A DNA stretch of 64,000 bases, taken from assembly GCA_044892525.1 (NCBI GenBank), contig CM097886.1:59520001-59584000 (forward strand), in the 5' to 3' direction. The translations under genes were made by a program, and so were the position numbers. The DNA comes from Schmidtea polychroa. Lineage: Eukaryota. The notes below the pieces were generated by a model. It worked only from the letters and a program-made list of their open reading frames with translations, was not told the DNA's origin and ran no database searches. Below, one piece after another: positions 44,137-59,200 of this stretch. How positions within the stretch are numbered: the stretch's first letter is position 1; every line of letters begins with the position of its first letter.

Positions 44137-45689
44137 TAAATTTTCGATAATAGTTTGTTTCTTTGCAAAATTCATCTCCGATTCCATTACAGAATTCAAC
44201 AAACTTGATAATTTAATTTAAGCAAATATTTTCAGATATATAATTAGAAACATCACCATATGATGGACAACCCTCAGTTACATTTTCTAAATTTTCATCC
44301 TCGGCATTATCATTTTCATTAACTTTAACTTCTAATGTAACTTATCACCATTATCTTAATTTCGGTTGTACGTACACAAATAACATCTTTATTCGTTACT
44401 TATTATTATAAATAGTATGTAACTAATTATATATTATTGTAGTTATTCCTTAAATTGGGATTAACAATGTGCAAAAATATAAAGGATAAATCATATTAAT
44501 AAATTCTGTATTCTGAATTATTATTCGATTTTTTTGTATCGAAGCCTTAACTTTTATTATTTATTTTTATTGTATGTACACGAGCTGTATTGATTTAAAA
44601 ACATCTAAAATATGACTATTAAATTTGTATAAAAAATTATCAAAAATTACTGAATAATAAAAATATTGTAAATTATAAATTCCTATTGGTTGTTTAAATA
44701 TTACTGTAAAAAATGGAGTTATTTTAAATAAACGTTTTGGAATTTTTACCTTTGTTAAACAGAAATTGTATTTAATATTTTTAAAATCTTTTATATTTTT
44801 GTTCACATTTGATCTATTTTTATTTTCATTTACTTTCATTACGACAACAGATAATTTTTACGTTTTTCATATCTTTCTGAAAAAAAGTTAGCTAGAATCA
44901 TAAAGAAAATAATTGAAATTTTTTAAATAAGTGTTTTGGAAGTATATTGGCTATTTATTAAGGCGCGTATTTAGTTAGCATTTGTATATATTTTGATTTC
45001 TAAAGAACTTATCATGTTGTTAAATTTTATTCATTCCAAGAATAATAAATGGATATGATATGGAAATACTAAAAGGCAAAAATGTGTGATTTTGCAAAAC
45101 ATAGCGAGAAATTAAAAGAAAGCTTTCAAAAAAAAGTTATGTATTATTTAAATCACCTTTGTAGTTAGTGGATATAATCAATCATAGAAATCTTTTAATA
45201 ATGAGGTTGGGAAATGTTTATGAGGCCAGTCTTTTTCTAATTGACCGTACGCAATATTTGGAATTAATATGCTTCTATGAATATTTATCAAAGTAAAATA
45301 TATTTTTTTCTAAAAACTTAGTTATTTCTTTGAGAAAATAATCAAATCCTGCTTGTGACATCATGTTATAAAAAGAATAAAAGTAAATATTTTACAATAT
45401 ATTATTTCCATTCGTACATCTTTTTCACTATATATTTCGATAGCATCACTATTATCATCAGGTTACCTACATTCACGACGGATGAATATATATATAAACA
45501 AATTATAAAATATATAAATTTTTAATTATAAATAAAATTTTTTAATAATCATTCCTTTTAAAAACAATTTTCATTAATAAATTATATTTAAACTTAAAAT
45601 TATTAAAAATATTTTTTTAATTATTTAACATAACTATTATTAATATACATCAACATACAAAATCTTAATTAAAAACATTCAACACACAC

Positions 45690-46200
45690 GTTCTGCACGT
45701 TTTTGATTAAATGTTCTTATCAATAATGCTTCGCATATCACACGTTCAAAACAATTATCAAATTTTTTGATAAGATTTTAAAATCAGACATTCCTAATTC
45801 TCTCATACAGACTTTATTGTGATCCTTAATATTAAACACTCCCTTCGGTCGACTGTGTTCTTGAACTTGAGTACATAGATGACGGGAAGCCTCTCCAATG
45901 TATGTGGCATTACACCCATTACATGTGAATTGATAAACGAGATCCGAACGCAATCCAACCGGCGTTTGAGATTTACTAACAAACATACTACGTACTTTGC
46001 ATGATTTTGAAACAATTCTATAATTCAATGTACCCAACTGTTTACCAATCTTTCTTTTGAAATCTTTATATCCTTCAGAATACGGCAATACCATCGTATA
46101 TTTTGGCTCATCTTGTTTGTTAGTATCAATATTCATATTCAGACATATTCGATTATCAGTCAATTTACATTCATTCATACTACGATCCTTAGCATTACTA
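45690..46200 (-). mobile_element. Penelope-like GIY-YIG fragment
   Basis: VLPYSEG...LVYQFTCNGCNATYIGEASRHLCTQVQEH...DFKIL; a shifted frame continues ICEALLIRTFNQ. Confidence 0.85.
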
Positions 46201-47033
46201 TACTACCCCAGAGAGTTTTTGTGAATTTAAATATAAAAGAAACATGGTGAAAGGATTGGTTTATCGATCATAGTGCTTGTCTTCCACTTTTTAAAAATTC
46301 AGTAAAAAGTGTAGATAAATTAGTTGAATTACTGGTGAAGAATGGCTACTCAAAACGGTTTTTATTGTTAACGTTGAAAGAGACTGTTGATAAATGTATT
46401 ATATTTTATTATTATATTATATAAATGTATTATTTTTGTATTAGAATTCATCTAATCTATAATAATAAAATTATATATTAAATAAAATGGAAAAAACCAA
46501 TAATTGAAAAATTGATATTATTAAATGAAATATTAACACTGTTGAATTCAAAGATTATATTAATATATGAGAAACTATATAAAAAACGAACATATCAATT
46601 AAATTAATAACAGAAAATTATTTATAAAAAAATTAATATATAGTAATAACCTCATTTTTCTGTACCAATTTCACCAAAATCAAACTAGTATACTCAAAAG
46701 AGCTATATTTTACGGCCAATTCCAAAAACGAAGTGCCGGTCTAATAATAAAGATAAGTTTTGACTGTTTTAATTTTTTTAAATTACCAGAATACAATTCT
46801 GATTAATGACAGAGATCGAATTTAAATCTGTTTTCAAATTGAATCTGATAGCTCGATAAATCGTGTACTAATCAATAAAGAGATAGAATTAATGAATATA
46901 GAAACAGTGAAATCAGAGGAACATATTTTACTTGCATCGATATATGGTATAAAATGAATGAATATTCTGTATTTTGAATCAGGATGCAAATTAAAAAAAT
47001 AACATTACCCTCTAACATAACTTTTACACCAGG

Positions 47034-47480
47034 GATTTCCAAAGTTTGTGCTACGAGAACTTATCAAGTATACCACGAAAAAATCCAACATTTTAATAAT
47101 ATTTTACACCAAAAAATTAAATAATAAAATAATCTATTCATTAATCTATTCATTAATCTATTTATTAATCTACTTTACTCATGAAACATATTTTAAAAAT
47201 GAATGAAATTAGAAGAATATTCCAGTTCTTTCAAGGACATGTGATCTGGAAATTTGATATTAGTGTGGATCAAAGAAAAAACTTTATTCGTAAAGTAAAA
47301 ATATTTTTTTTAATTGAACAAACTTTTTTTAAGCAATGATCAAAAACTAGAAGTTGTACTATCTGCGCTTCATCTTCCAGATTACACTGACATGAGAGCA
47401 ATGTAATTGAATTCTAAGCAGATATATGTTGAATTTAAATGAGAGCGAACATATGCTTTCGTATCTGCTTGCATTGTCTG
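47034..47480 (-). mobile_element. Possible degenerate Charlie-type hAT 3' end
   Basis: CAGGGATTTCCAAAGTTTGTG terminus at ~47038 and weak TYIC/LEDE-like transposase remnants on the minus strand. Confidence 0.35.
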
Positions 47481-47499
47481 CAAAAGACATGTTCCAATT

Positions 47500-47830
47500 A
47501 ATCCAATTATTTCAGCGCATCCTTGGAAATTAGTACAGATGGATTGTGTTGATCTGAGAAATATCTCATCATCTAATGATGGATATTGAACATACTAGAT
47601 TCATATTCCAAGTGTCTTTTTCTGAAACAATAAACTTCCCAAAATGTCAAGGATACGCTTGAGTCAATTTGCTTCTTAGAAGGATATCCTAATATTATTC
47701 AAACCGATAACGAAAAAGAATTAGTAAACACCATTCTTACACAGTTTTTGAGTGAACGTAAGATTAAGTTTGTGTAATGGAGGCCAAGACATCCTCAGAA
47801 CCAAAGCCAAGTTTGAAGAGTCAACCAAAC
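47500..47830 (+). mobile_element. Degenerate DDE integrase (KRBA2/Ginger-like) fragment
   Basis: Manual translation HPWKLVQMDCVDLR...DSYSKC...LEGYPNIIQTDNEKELVN...IKFV*WRPRHPQNQSQV, with stops and frameshifts. Confidence 0.7.
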
Positions 47831-48869
47831 TAATCACTATATGGTACAAATTCAGAAAGTCGGCTTGATGCGCATCGTGAAGTTATCTTCAAATACAATA
47901 CGTAGCATAGAGCAATTAGGAAGTCACCGGTGGAACCTTTTAGAAGACGATCTAGTTTGAAGACACCAACTGAAAACAATGAGCTGGCTTTAATAGATGA
48001 TCATGAAGAATTGAGAGCAGATTTTGGTAATTCGATCCAGTTTGGTGATCATTCTTGGCTTTCCTATGCAATCAAAACTATCGGAGACAAGTTTGACAGT
48101 ATCGATAATACAGGACATCTATCAAAAATACAGGACAAACTATATCAATGAAATGGTAAATGATGTAGATGTTTACTATCATGCAATTGAATTTAACCCG
48201 GTGATCCTGTTTTTGTTGCTAAATCGTTTGATACTAATTTCAAGACGAAAAAATCAAAATTGAGAGGGTTTTGTGAAGATGGACATTTGTTGAAAGACGT
48301 GATTCAAACACACTTTCGATTATAAATAATTATCTTATAAAAGTTGTATCGAAAAACAGGTTGAAAAAATGTTTAGAGTAATTATTAAAATAAATTATTA
48401 ATTGTTTATATAAAATGTGGACAGTGTAGAATATGAATTTGAAAATAATTTATAATGATAATTAGATAAAAATAAATTGGTAAGTACTTTTAAGTGCGAT
48501 GTAAGTCAAAAAAAATTGGGAATCACTGATTTACATTCATAATAGCAATGCAATTATAAAATCTAACAGTATTTTTGATTACATACAAATAAAACATTTT
48601 GTTTTTGATGTTTTCACTGATTTAGTACTGTTCATTACCGATTGTTTTAAAATCATAGGATTTTAATTGAAATTCCCAATGTAACATATTGATTAACAAT
48701 AGTACAATGTTCTTGTAGCAACAATTATTTAACCTATAGTTTCTTCAGCATTAATATATTGATTTTTTTTAAGAGAAATAGAAGTTAATCATACTCTGTG
48801 TCCTGTGAAAACACGGATATTATTTAGCAATTTCAGTACACTGGGAGTAAAATTAAATTTCCAACAGTC

Positions 48870-49017
48870 GGTAGTATTAAACAATTAAATGATAATTTAA
48901 GCCATTTGCTGCAAAGTATATATTCAATAAAATTCTTTCATTTTATTAAATATATATTTCGCAGCAAAAGGCTTAAATTATCATTTAATTGTTTAACATT
49001 TAATTAATGCTGCTACC
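48870..49017. repeat. Palindromic mini-element made of the Penelope 3' terminal motif
   Basis: Arms ~48877-48932 and 48941-48996 with about 4 mismatches; 8-nt loop TTCTTTCA. Confidence 0.85.
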
Positions 49018-49482
49018 AAAAAATGATCACTTTATACTAGTCGGTAGAGTAGCAAGGCCGATTGGCGGAAATTTAAAATTTTGGCAAGGATTTTGACTAG
49101 TCCCAACAACGAACATACGAAACAGTATCAAAAGTCGCATTTCCCCAACAGCTGTTTTATAATAAAATAAAATAAAATCACTTCAACAAGAATACGATCG
49201 AATATATCGGCATTTTTCTCTTTGAAATGAATTAAATATTTTTCAAATTTCTGGCGAAAATTCATGAATTAATAATAATCATTTAAAAAAATAACTTTAT
49301 TATTCAGATTATTAGCCAGAATTATTTCGACAAATTCGTATGCCTTTCCTGAAATTGCAAACTCCATCAAAGTCAGTTCACTCTAAAAATTAATCCATAT
49401 AAATTTACGGTACCTTTAAAAGTGAAGTAAATCAAAGATAAAAATTAAATCACCGGTTTGGGTAGTAAAGGATAAATATGTA

Positions 49483-50449
49483 CCGTATATACTCGTTCTT
49501 AAGGCGACCTTTTATGGAAAAATTTGGGGGGAGTGAAGGGGTCGGCTTCCGAGCGGCTCATAGTAGATTTATATAATTTTCGGCATGTAAATTGAATATT
49601 GGTATTTTAATTTTAGATCGCCGAGGTCCTACATAGCATAAAACCTACAAGATTCTAATGCGCCATCGTAAGTTATACAAAATTATAAATATCTACATTT
49701 TCCTTTATATTTATTTATTAATTTAATTTATTTTTGTATATTTATTTGTTTTATTACATTGTTGTATTTGAGGCTTGGGATTCCATTCTCTCAGATATGA
49801 TTGAAAAATCATTTAAGAAATGCTGCATCAGCAACGCACTTGATGAAATGGAAAATGATGCTATACTAGACGATGAATCAGATTGAGAAAAATACAAGGC
49901 TGACGAATAAAACAACGTGTACGAGGACTATGAATCCATCACAAAAGAGGAGTTTCACCAATTGTTCGGAGAATCAGATGAGTCGGACTTTGAAGGATTT
50001 TAAATTTTATACTATGTATTAATTTAGAAGTTATGACAATATCAATAATATTTAATGACTTTGATTTTTTTTATTAAATTTTTTTTATTTTTATTTTTTA
50101 TTATATTGATGAAACAATGTTATAATTTTACATTTTTAAAATAAATATTAAAACAAGGACTTTTTATTATTTTATCACAATAATAATAAAGCCCAATGGC
50201 GAATACTATCCAATAATGACTTAGACTTTCTCTGTTATTTAATTCTCTTTGGTCTTCAACCTGACGTAAACAAAAATTAACATGTTTTAAAAACTTAAGT
50301 AAAAAATGTGTAATATTTTGTTTATACCGTCAAATTATTTTTTGGGTCGGCTTACGAAAGGGTCATACACTTTTTATACTTTTCCTCTTCAAAATAAGGG
50401 GGGGGGGGTCGGCTTATGAATGAACGGGCTATAAAACGAGTATATACGG
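49483..50449 (+). mobile_element. 967-bp deleted pogo/Tigger-type DNA transposon
   Basis: TA TSDs at 49481-49482 and 50450-50451; TIR CCGTATATACTCGT / ACGAGTATATACGG; transposase C-terminal remnant EAWDSILSDMIEKSFKKCCISNALD...ESDFEGF* (49770-50003). Confidence 0.9.
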
Positions 50450-52344
50450 TAACATATAGCATTAAATTAATATATAATCTATATAAATAATTTTAATAAT
50501 ATCGGTAAAATTATTTACTTTTTTTATCACCTTTGAGCTGGTTTTTAACGATTTTTCATTTTGACAAAAAAAATCACAATGTTCTTTCCCAATTATTATT
50601 ATTATTATTATCATTACATAAAATTTTTATAATAACATAATTATTGTTGTACGAGTGTCTGTACCTTTTATTGACATTGGCGATACTAATACAGGCACAT
50701 ACGGGTATAGCTAAGTTGTAAAACAACATTCTCATTACAACTGATATTATAAATTCTGTCAGTAGATCACATGCTTTTTCATAAGTTAAAGCTAATTATA
50801 AATAATAATTGTAAATATTTTTCTATTTTATTAATAGCAATCACTGATAAAATGAATTATAATAATTGAAGTTACATCTTTAAAATTATTCAACCAGCTT
50901 TTATAACCTGATTATTTTATTTAAAAATATTGACATAATTTATTATATCCCATGAAGAAAACTTACTTCAATCCGGTTCAATCTGATAAACTAAAATGTC
51001 TAATATCGTTGGAAAACGGAAAATAGTGATTGATTTGAAGTTTTTAGAGAAAAATTCAATTAAATCAAAACATTCATTTTTAAAAATAATCTCGATAACC
51101 CTATATAGAAGGAAATTTCAATTTTCAAGTCTGCTTTTAGACAAAACTTTGTAAATTCTAGTCGATTAAGATATTATTTTCATAAATATTTAAGATTTTA
51201 AGTTGTAAAATTTAACTGATATTTTCAAAAGCTTTGTAAAATGCCCATAATCAAAAAACACAACATAGCCTAAGATTCAATTCAAGATTAGAAGGAAATT
51301 TTGAAAAAAATCAATTCACACAAAACTTTATTGAAATATTACTTTATTTTGTTCTTTGTATTAAAAAAAGAATTAAAAAAAAAGAATAACGAAATAAGAA
51401 TTTAGAATTTTAGGGTAATTTTGTTGATTGTAAAATTGCAGTAAATCTTTTGTTTACAAGTCAATTCCTATTATAAAGTTACGAACAATCAATTAAAATA
51501 TAATTACATGTATTATTTATTAATTTATTACCTCAACATCGTTCAAAATTGGTTTCTGGGAATCAAAAATATTCATAAATAAACCGACATTGTTTTCTCT
51601 TATGCAATTGAATAGCTAACAAACACAANNNNNNNNNNNNNNNNNNNNNNNNNNNNNNNNNNNNNNNNNNNNNNNNNNNNNNNNNNNNNNNNNNNNNNNN
51701 NNNNNNNNNNNNNNNNNNNNNNNNNNNNNNNNNNNNNNNNNNNNNNNNNNNNNNNNNNNCTTTGAGTGATTTTGTTCAGATTTTTGTAACTTGTTTTGTT
51801 TTTGGAATTATATTTGATCATTTGATTTCTTGAATCTCCAAAATTATTTTGTGGGAATTTTAGCATTTGAAAAGTACAGTTAATTGTAGGATGCAGAATT
51901 ATGGATAAAGCAAAATCTGTGAATATTTCTGATTTGAATCCAGATTTTCTTCCGAATTCTAATATTGTTTCAAAAATGTCTACGAAAAGAATGCACATGT
52001 CAAATATCCCCTTTTGTTATAGAAAAAGTACAACCGTTGTTGAAGATTTTGAACTTCAAAAAAGATGAACCAATTTGATATTAATGCAAACAGAAGAAAC
52101 TTTATTGAATAGAGAGAAGATAAAATCGATAAAGTGTTATATGAAGCATTCTTTTAGTGATTCAATCATTGACTCGTTGAACGGGGATAATATCAATCGG
52201 AATTAATTGAGAAAGAGAGTAAGAATCGGACGACCAATGGGTTCAAATATCAATGGACAAGTTCAATCTAATGAACACGAATCTAAGAATTTTCACATTA
52301 TCAGTTATTATTATCAGCACCCAACAATTCGTTCGAAAAAATTT

Positions 52345-52795
52345 CCCCCTTTTTGATCCCTTCTAATGGGTCAACTACATTGTTTAACTCCAATTGGACA
52401 AACTCTAGTTATTGGCTTTAGTAATTCTCTCCACTTATATTTATTAGAAATTGTTTTTGACTATGAATCATTAAAGATATCGATGTTTTTCGGCAGAGCC
52501 TTACAGGTTCGAATTTTTATCTTTATTACCCTCACATGTCCATCTTTTCCAGCAATAGCTTCTACTACTCTACCAAGTTTCCTCAGTTTCTTTCCCAATT
52601 CGTCTTCATATACCCATACCAAATCTCCCACTTTCAAATATTATTCCTTTTTAAACCACTTTTTCCTATTTCTCCAACCGAGAACAATTTCTTTTCTTCA
52701 TTGCTGCCAAAATTTTTCGCTTATATCTTTAATCATTATACATCGTATTCTTATCATCGTGGCTTTCAACGTAACTTCTTCGTCGATAATTCTCT
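52345..52795 (-). mobile_element. Bel/Pao retrotransposon integrase C-terminal (DUF5641-like) remnant with PPT
   Basis: FWQQ*RKEIVLGWRNRKKW...LKVGDLVWVYED...LGRVVEAIAGKDGHVRVIKIK, followed by AAAAAGGGGGAA. Confidence 0.8.
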
Positions 52796-53263
52796 NNNNN
52801 NNNNNNNNNNNNNNNNNNNNNNNNNNNNNNNNNNNNNNNNNNNNNNNNNNNNNNNNNNNNNNNNNNNNNNNNNNNNNNNNNNNNNNNNNNNNNNNNNNNN
52901 NNNNNNNNNNNNNNNNNNNNNNNNNNNNNNNNNNNNNNNNNNNNNNNNNNNNNNNNNNNNNNNNNNNNNNNNNNNNNNNNNNNNNNNNNNNNNNNNNNNN
53001 NNNNNNNNNNNNNNNNNNNNNNNNNNNNNNNNNNNNNNNNNNNNNNNNNNNNNNNNNNNNNNNNNNNNNNNNNNNNNNNNNNNNNNNNNNNNNNNNNNNN
53101 NNNNNNNNNNNNNNNNNNTTCAACGGTTTCCATTTATAAACTGTTACAGTCTGCAAATATTGTCGATGAAGAAATTAAATAATTTAAACCTGACTTAAAA
53201 TGTGATTAAATTTTAATATTTGATTTAACATTCCGAAATTATTAGAATTCATTAAAAACAAAC

Positions 53264-56200
53264 CTGAAATCCATAATTGTCCAAATTCTCCACATCAACA
53301 TCAATAATAACAGAATTAGTCTGTATATAAAAATATAAATCCTCCAAGTAAAAATAATAAATTATTACAGTTTCTTTTAAATCAAACATGCAATTCTCGC
53401 TTGATAATAAGGCAACTATCTCTCTGTGATTCTTCGCCAAGTCAATAGGTCTGAGCCCATTCTGTTAATTTTATGTAAAAGTGTTTTATTATATAGTTAT
53501 TAGTAATAAAAATTTTTAAAAAAATGATTGAATCAAAATTCAAAATTTGTNNNNNNNNNNNNNNNNNNNNNNNNNNNNNNNNNNNNNNNNNNNNNNNNNN
53601 NNNNNNNNNNNNNNNNNNNNNNNNNNNNNNNNNNNNNNNNNNNNNNNNNNNNNNNNNNNNNNNNNNNNNNNNNNNNNNNNNNNNNNNNNNNNNNNNNNNN
53701 NNNNNNNNNNNNNNNNNNNNNNCTATTTTTAATAAAAACTATATATAATTATGTTAACAGTTATATAAGGAAATAATAATGTAATAGTTATGATTTAATG
53801 AGTTTATTAAATAATTTCAATAAATTCGTAATTAAATGTTAATTTTGGGGATTGTGATTTAATCAAAATGTCTCACATGAAATTCTTTCCCACTTATTAT
53901 TAAAGTTTTATATAGAATTTTAAAATTAACCTAGTTGTCCCTTTATACGATTGTTTTATCCTCAAAAGTATTACTCATGCCTTTTAATAGGCTATATTTC
54001 TGAATCCGTGTGTAAAGGTGACAGGAAATTGATATATATTTGATATATATTCGAAGTGCCTAATGATTTCATGACAAAAATTTCCATTGTTATATCAAAA
54101 ATCGATCAATGGTGTCCTTAGTTAATCCTTCTAAAAAACCCTCTGAATAGCCATTTTTATTCAAAAGAGAAACGAGCTTATGTATACTTTTGGTAGATGT
54201 TCCAAACCTAGAAGATAATGACCAAAATCTAAAATTCAAGCTCTTACTTATATTTTTATTATATTTAAAGTCACAAAAGCTTATTACAAGTAGTGTATCA
54301 GTTGGCTTTCTATATATTTATGTTTCGAAATCATTAACCGTTCTTTCCACTAACAAATCTAAAAATGTAATAAAAGAGTTAACTTTTCCCACTGTAAACT
54401 TAATATTGAAATGAAGCCCATACGAATAATTTAAAAAAGGAACATCAGAATTAGAAAATTCTAAAGCATCATAAACATAACCGGTATACTTTCTAGATTT
54501 AATAAGAGGTGCTAAAGATCCTTTACCTACGTTATAAAATTATTGATACCAATTATTATTAAAAAGAAACGCAACATTAGAAATGGTTAAAATCAACAAT
54601 TCACGAAATGAAATGGTTATCCATAATTTTATAATCACTATTCGTAATGAAAAGGTTCAAAAAGCTTTTGAATTGAAATAAGACTTGATTTTAAAATTTG
54701 ATTTTCATATGAATTTTTTAAGGAGTGAAAATATTAATAGCATTATTTTATGACGGTATTCTACAGTTTTATGATATTTTGTGTAGCAATTTATTTGCTA
54801 ATTATGTTGATTAACCGGATTTTTATTACACATATGAGAAAGAAATATTCCAGTAAAATTTTTCACCAATTCTCTTTTTTCAATTTCTTTTATTTTCAAT
54901 TCCTTCTTTGATAGTTATCTATCAATATAGATCTTATCCTCAAAATCAATAATCGGGACTGCTTTTTCAATATTTCTGTGAAGAAAGCAGTGCTGAAATT
55001 TCGTATTAAATATAAAATAAAATATTGATTGATAGTCTATAAAAAGAAATGAAGATGAAATGTTTTACGAAATACTCTAATCAATAATTAGTACAGGTAA
55101 TTATTCTATAACAAAAACGCAATATATTGTCTCAATTATGGTTGATAAATTATATTGCCCTCGGGTGACTCACGCCTTAACTGGGAGTGTATGTGTCTTG
55201 GAGTGATTGAAAAACAAAAAAAAACGAAATTTATAAAAATTGAAATCCAAGTACGTTTAAAATGAATAATTTATATTTTGAGACTCGTTTAAAAAGATTT
55301 AATGATTTTAACAGTTTTCAGATTATTTCTTTTAATAAGCATACCAAATTTCACATTTTAAATTTAATTTAAGTTTAATTAAAAATTATTTTAAATTCAT
55401 TAAAACCATTATTATTACTTTAGTAACAGTGTCAATAGGACAATTATATGTCAACAGTATTTTCACGATATCTACCATTCCAGCTTCACAGGCTAGATGC
55501 AATGGAGAGTAGCCGAACTAAAACAAATTTCAAATAATAAAGACATTTGTAAACTAAAATTAATATTAATTTATAAGTGTTTTAATAAATAGAATATCAA
55601 TGAATTATAACAAAAAAAACAATAAAATGCAATAAATTTAAAGATATTTTATTGTTACAAAATCTATTTTATTTTGAATGAAATTTCAACTATTATTATC
55701 AGGCACTAAACAAAATTTCAATAGAATTTTATAATTCAATCCATAATTTTTTAAGAATATGTGTGTATTCCAATAAAAATAAATTTTATTGATATTAATA
55801 AGATCAATTAAAAATCAAAATACAAGGAGATATTGTATTCAACGAAATGTTCCCAATAGTTTTCGAAGTCCTTAGATAAAACTTTATAATGAAAAATGCC
55901 TATATTCATCTTGTAAGTTTAGCTGCGCTCAATAATGATTAGCAATGATCTCGAACTCGTTAACAAATATGACAGACAGTCTTTCCAATCGATGTGGCAC
56001 GAGTATATTGCAATTAAAAACTATGTGAGATTAGAACACAGACAAAATGGTATTTCAGAATTTTTACTGAATATATACCATGACCTTTCAAGGATATTTT
56101 AATTATTGATTTTCTCATCAACTTGTTGAAAATAAAATCGATTATAAAGTCATAGTTTCTTGGTTGCATCATAAATTAAATGTTAAACAAGTAGATGACA

Positions 56201-59200
56201 AGATAAGCCTTTGCTGCAAAATATGTATTAAATTTTCTCATTTAATTTAATATATATTTTGCAGCTAAGACAAATTCTTATCATTTACTTTTTAAACATA
56301 TAATTTAATAAGTTAGTAAGTCAACGCTTATAAATCTAATCAACAAATTACCGATCATAAGATTCAAAAGCTATTAGTAACCCCTACAGAGTTAACATAT
56401 AATATTGCCTGTATAACGTTCTAGATCTAATTGTTCATCATTGTTTTTATAACTACACCTTATTTCTTACAACTTTAAGTGAAATCAAGCAGGTATAATA
56501 AATACTACGGAATTCCGCAACACAATTTTGTGTTAAAAGTCGGATCTCGTGTCATGTTGTTGAGAAATTTAGATCTACAAAAATTATGCAATGGATCAAT
56601 ATTGACAGTCAAAGCTCTGAATAACTATGTCATTGAGGCGACAAATTTAAACGGACCTTATGAAGGCGAGCACGTTTTTATACCAAGAATTCAATTAATT
56701 CCAAGAGACTTGCCGTTTTCATTTCTACGTATACATTTTCCTATTGGGCTTGCATTCGGGGTGACTATTAATAATATATCCCAAGGAAGTTACTGGTTTA
56801 GACTTGACTGATCAATGTTTCTCATTATATGTTGGTATGTCAAGTCCAAAGGACCCAACAAAATTAGACATTGTCGTCGATAAAAATATGGAAACCCAAA
56901 ATGTTGTATATGGCCTAAAAATTTTTTAAAAAATCTCTTTAGTTTGCAGCTTTAACATCAAAGGTATTGTAAATTTTGAACTATCTAGCTACAATGAAAG
57001 GTGGCAAACAAACACACCCACAAACATATTTAGAGTTTTATATATAAGATGTTAGTTATTGTATTAGTTATTATTATTTAGTTACTGCTCAATATAACAT
57101 GCTCTTTGTTAATCGGGTATGTGAGAATTATTTTAAATGATTCAGATAATCCTCGATATATTTACTAAATCGCAATAATGGGTATCATTCATAATAACAG
57201 CAATATATTTGGATCAGCGCCTCTCATAAAGTGGACCACAACACATCTAATGTCATGAAATCCTAAAAATAAAAAAAATTATTTGCTTTTCAAGTTTATA
57301 TCTGTACAAATTTTAGTATGATTAAAGTTTTTTTAAGGTTCACGTGAGACTAAAGAATTGAGAAACTATATATTATTATAAGAACTTTTTTTCAAATTTC
57401 ACCACTGATTTCCTTTCCATTGACATTGTATTTATTAAAAAGCTTGACTATGAATCAGTAAATTTATCGATGTTTTCGATATTCACGAATTTTGAGCACT
57501 GCCTTTTTCAAGTAAATTTATATATACATTTATATATTTATATATTGTTTCAATGAATAAGTTAATATCAAATATATCAAAAATATGTTTCCCTTCGTCA
57601 TTATGCATTCTGTATTTATTTCACGAAATTGAAAATTATAACAATTTTCTACATTTTGATTACTAGATTCAGATAAATCTTTATTATTAACAATCATAAT
57701 TAATTGCAGTTTCTTTATTTACACCTCAATAGGACATAGTTCAAATTATTTTATACTACTAAATATGAATTATGTGAATATGAATGATAACAAATAACAA
57801 AATCTATATTTTAATAAATGACTTTTAAAATGATAATTTTCTGAGAATTTTTATCAATAGGAATTTTTCATTTATATTATATTCTCGATCACTCTAAATT
57901 GAAGTATAACTGAATTTGTGATTGTTTAGATTTATTTTTTCTATGAAAATTTCTTTTTGTTTTGATTTATTCATATCAAAAATCATAAAATTTTAAACGT
58001 ATATTTAATTATTTCATGTTTCTTTAACCCTATGTCCATTTTAACTCTATGTACATTAATTTATCATTCTATAGAAACTTAATTAATTAATTAGACATAA
58101 TATTGCAATGAATAAAAATGCATTTGGAAGAAATTATTTATAAAATTTTACCATTACTAATATAGGCAAAAATTAAAATTACTATATTTAAAATATCACT
58201 CCAGTTTTAAAAGACTTATTTGGTAAAATTGGGCAAATTATGAATCATTCGATATATATTTATTAAAAAACTTGACGATGATATCGATGGTTTTTTTTTA
58301 TATTCACAAATTTTCGGCACTGCCTTTTTCAAGTATCAAAATCACTTTAAAAAGGTGGAAAGGCAGTGCGAAAATTCGTGAATGTCAAAAAAACATCGAT
58401 ATTTTTACTGATTAATAAATACAATGTCAATTGAAGAGAAATCAGTGATGAAAATTGAAAAAAAATCTTATAATATATATACACCAAATACTGTGTTTAC
58501 ACGTTAAATACATTCCACAGACCACCGTGTAAAAAAGACACATTAGTATGAAAACATGAGATAGGTTCTACAAATAAAAACTCCTATAAAAATTAATAAT
58601 TAAAGAATCGAAATCATGTTTTGTAGTTTCGTACATATATCCATAAATATTTTATTAATCTAATATACATTAATCTAACATAAATTTTTAATACAGATCT
58701 AAAAAAAATTCAGTCTTAGAAAAATTTTTTTTTAAAAATTACATTTGTATTCACGAACATAAAAATGGTATTTAATGTTAATTATTTTTATTCGGAGTCG
58801 GTTTCAGATAGTAACCGTTGGCTTAAAATTTGTTAGTACTAATAGGTTATCAAAAAGAGTTTCACGCACAGGGTTACTTATTTTAATAGCAAATTCGGTA
58901 ATTTTTGGTTGTGCCCCTAGCCTGGACAGTTCTTTGTATAGCTCCTTCTAGCGAGCCATACAAGATTTCAGATCAGATTGAAATTTCGCAGCTCCTTCGG
59001 TTATATGATCATTATTTAGAAAATGATCTGTCATTTTATTTTCCATTTGAAGGCCTTCAAGAATTGAATTAACCGTTAATGAGGATTGTTCGTCCTCATC
59101 AATGCTGTTTTGTGGATAAATGTCTTCGTTCTCCAATGCAATATCTAGTAACTCGTCTTCGTTAAGGATTCTATCAACAGCCATTTTGTTTATATCATTA

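Noticed and set aside
43942-44221. Poly-isoleucine ORFs on both strands
   Set aside because: Translation artefact of the (TAA)n microsatellite.
57170-57275. Minus-strand GFHDI...RGADPNI ankyrin-like fragment
   Set aside because: It runs into a stop without a clear donor, and the flanking exons already join in phase; it may be a decayed exon.
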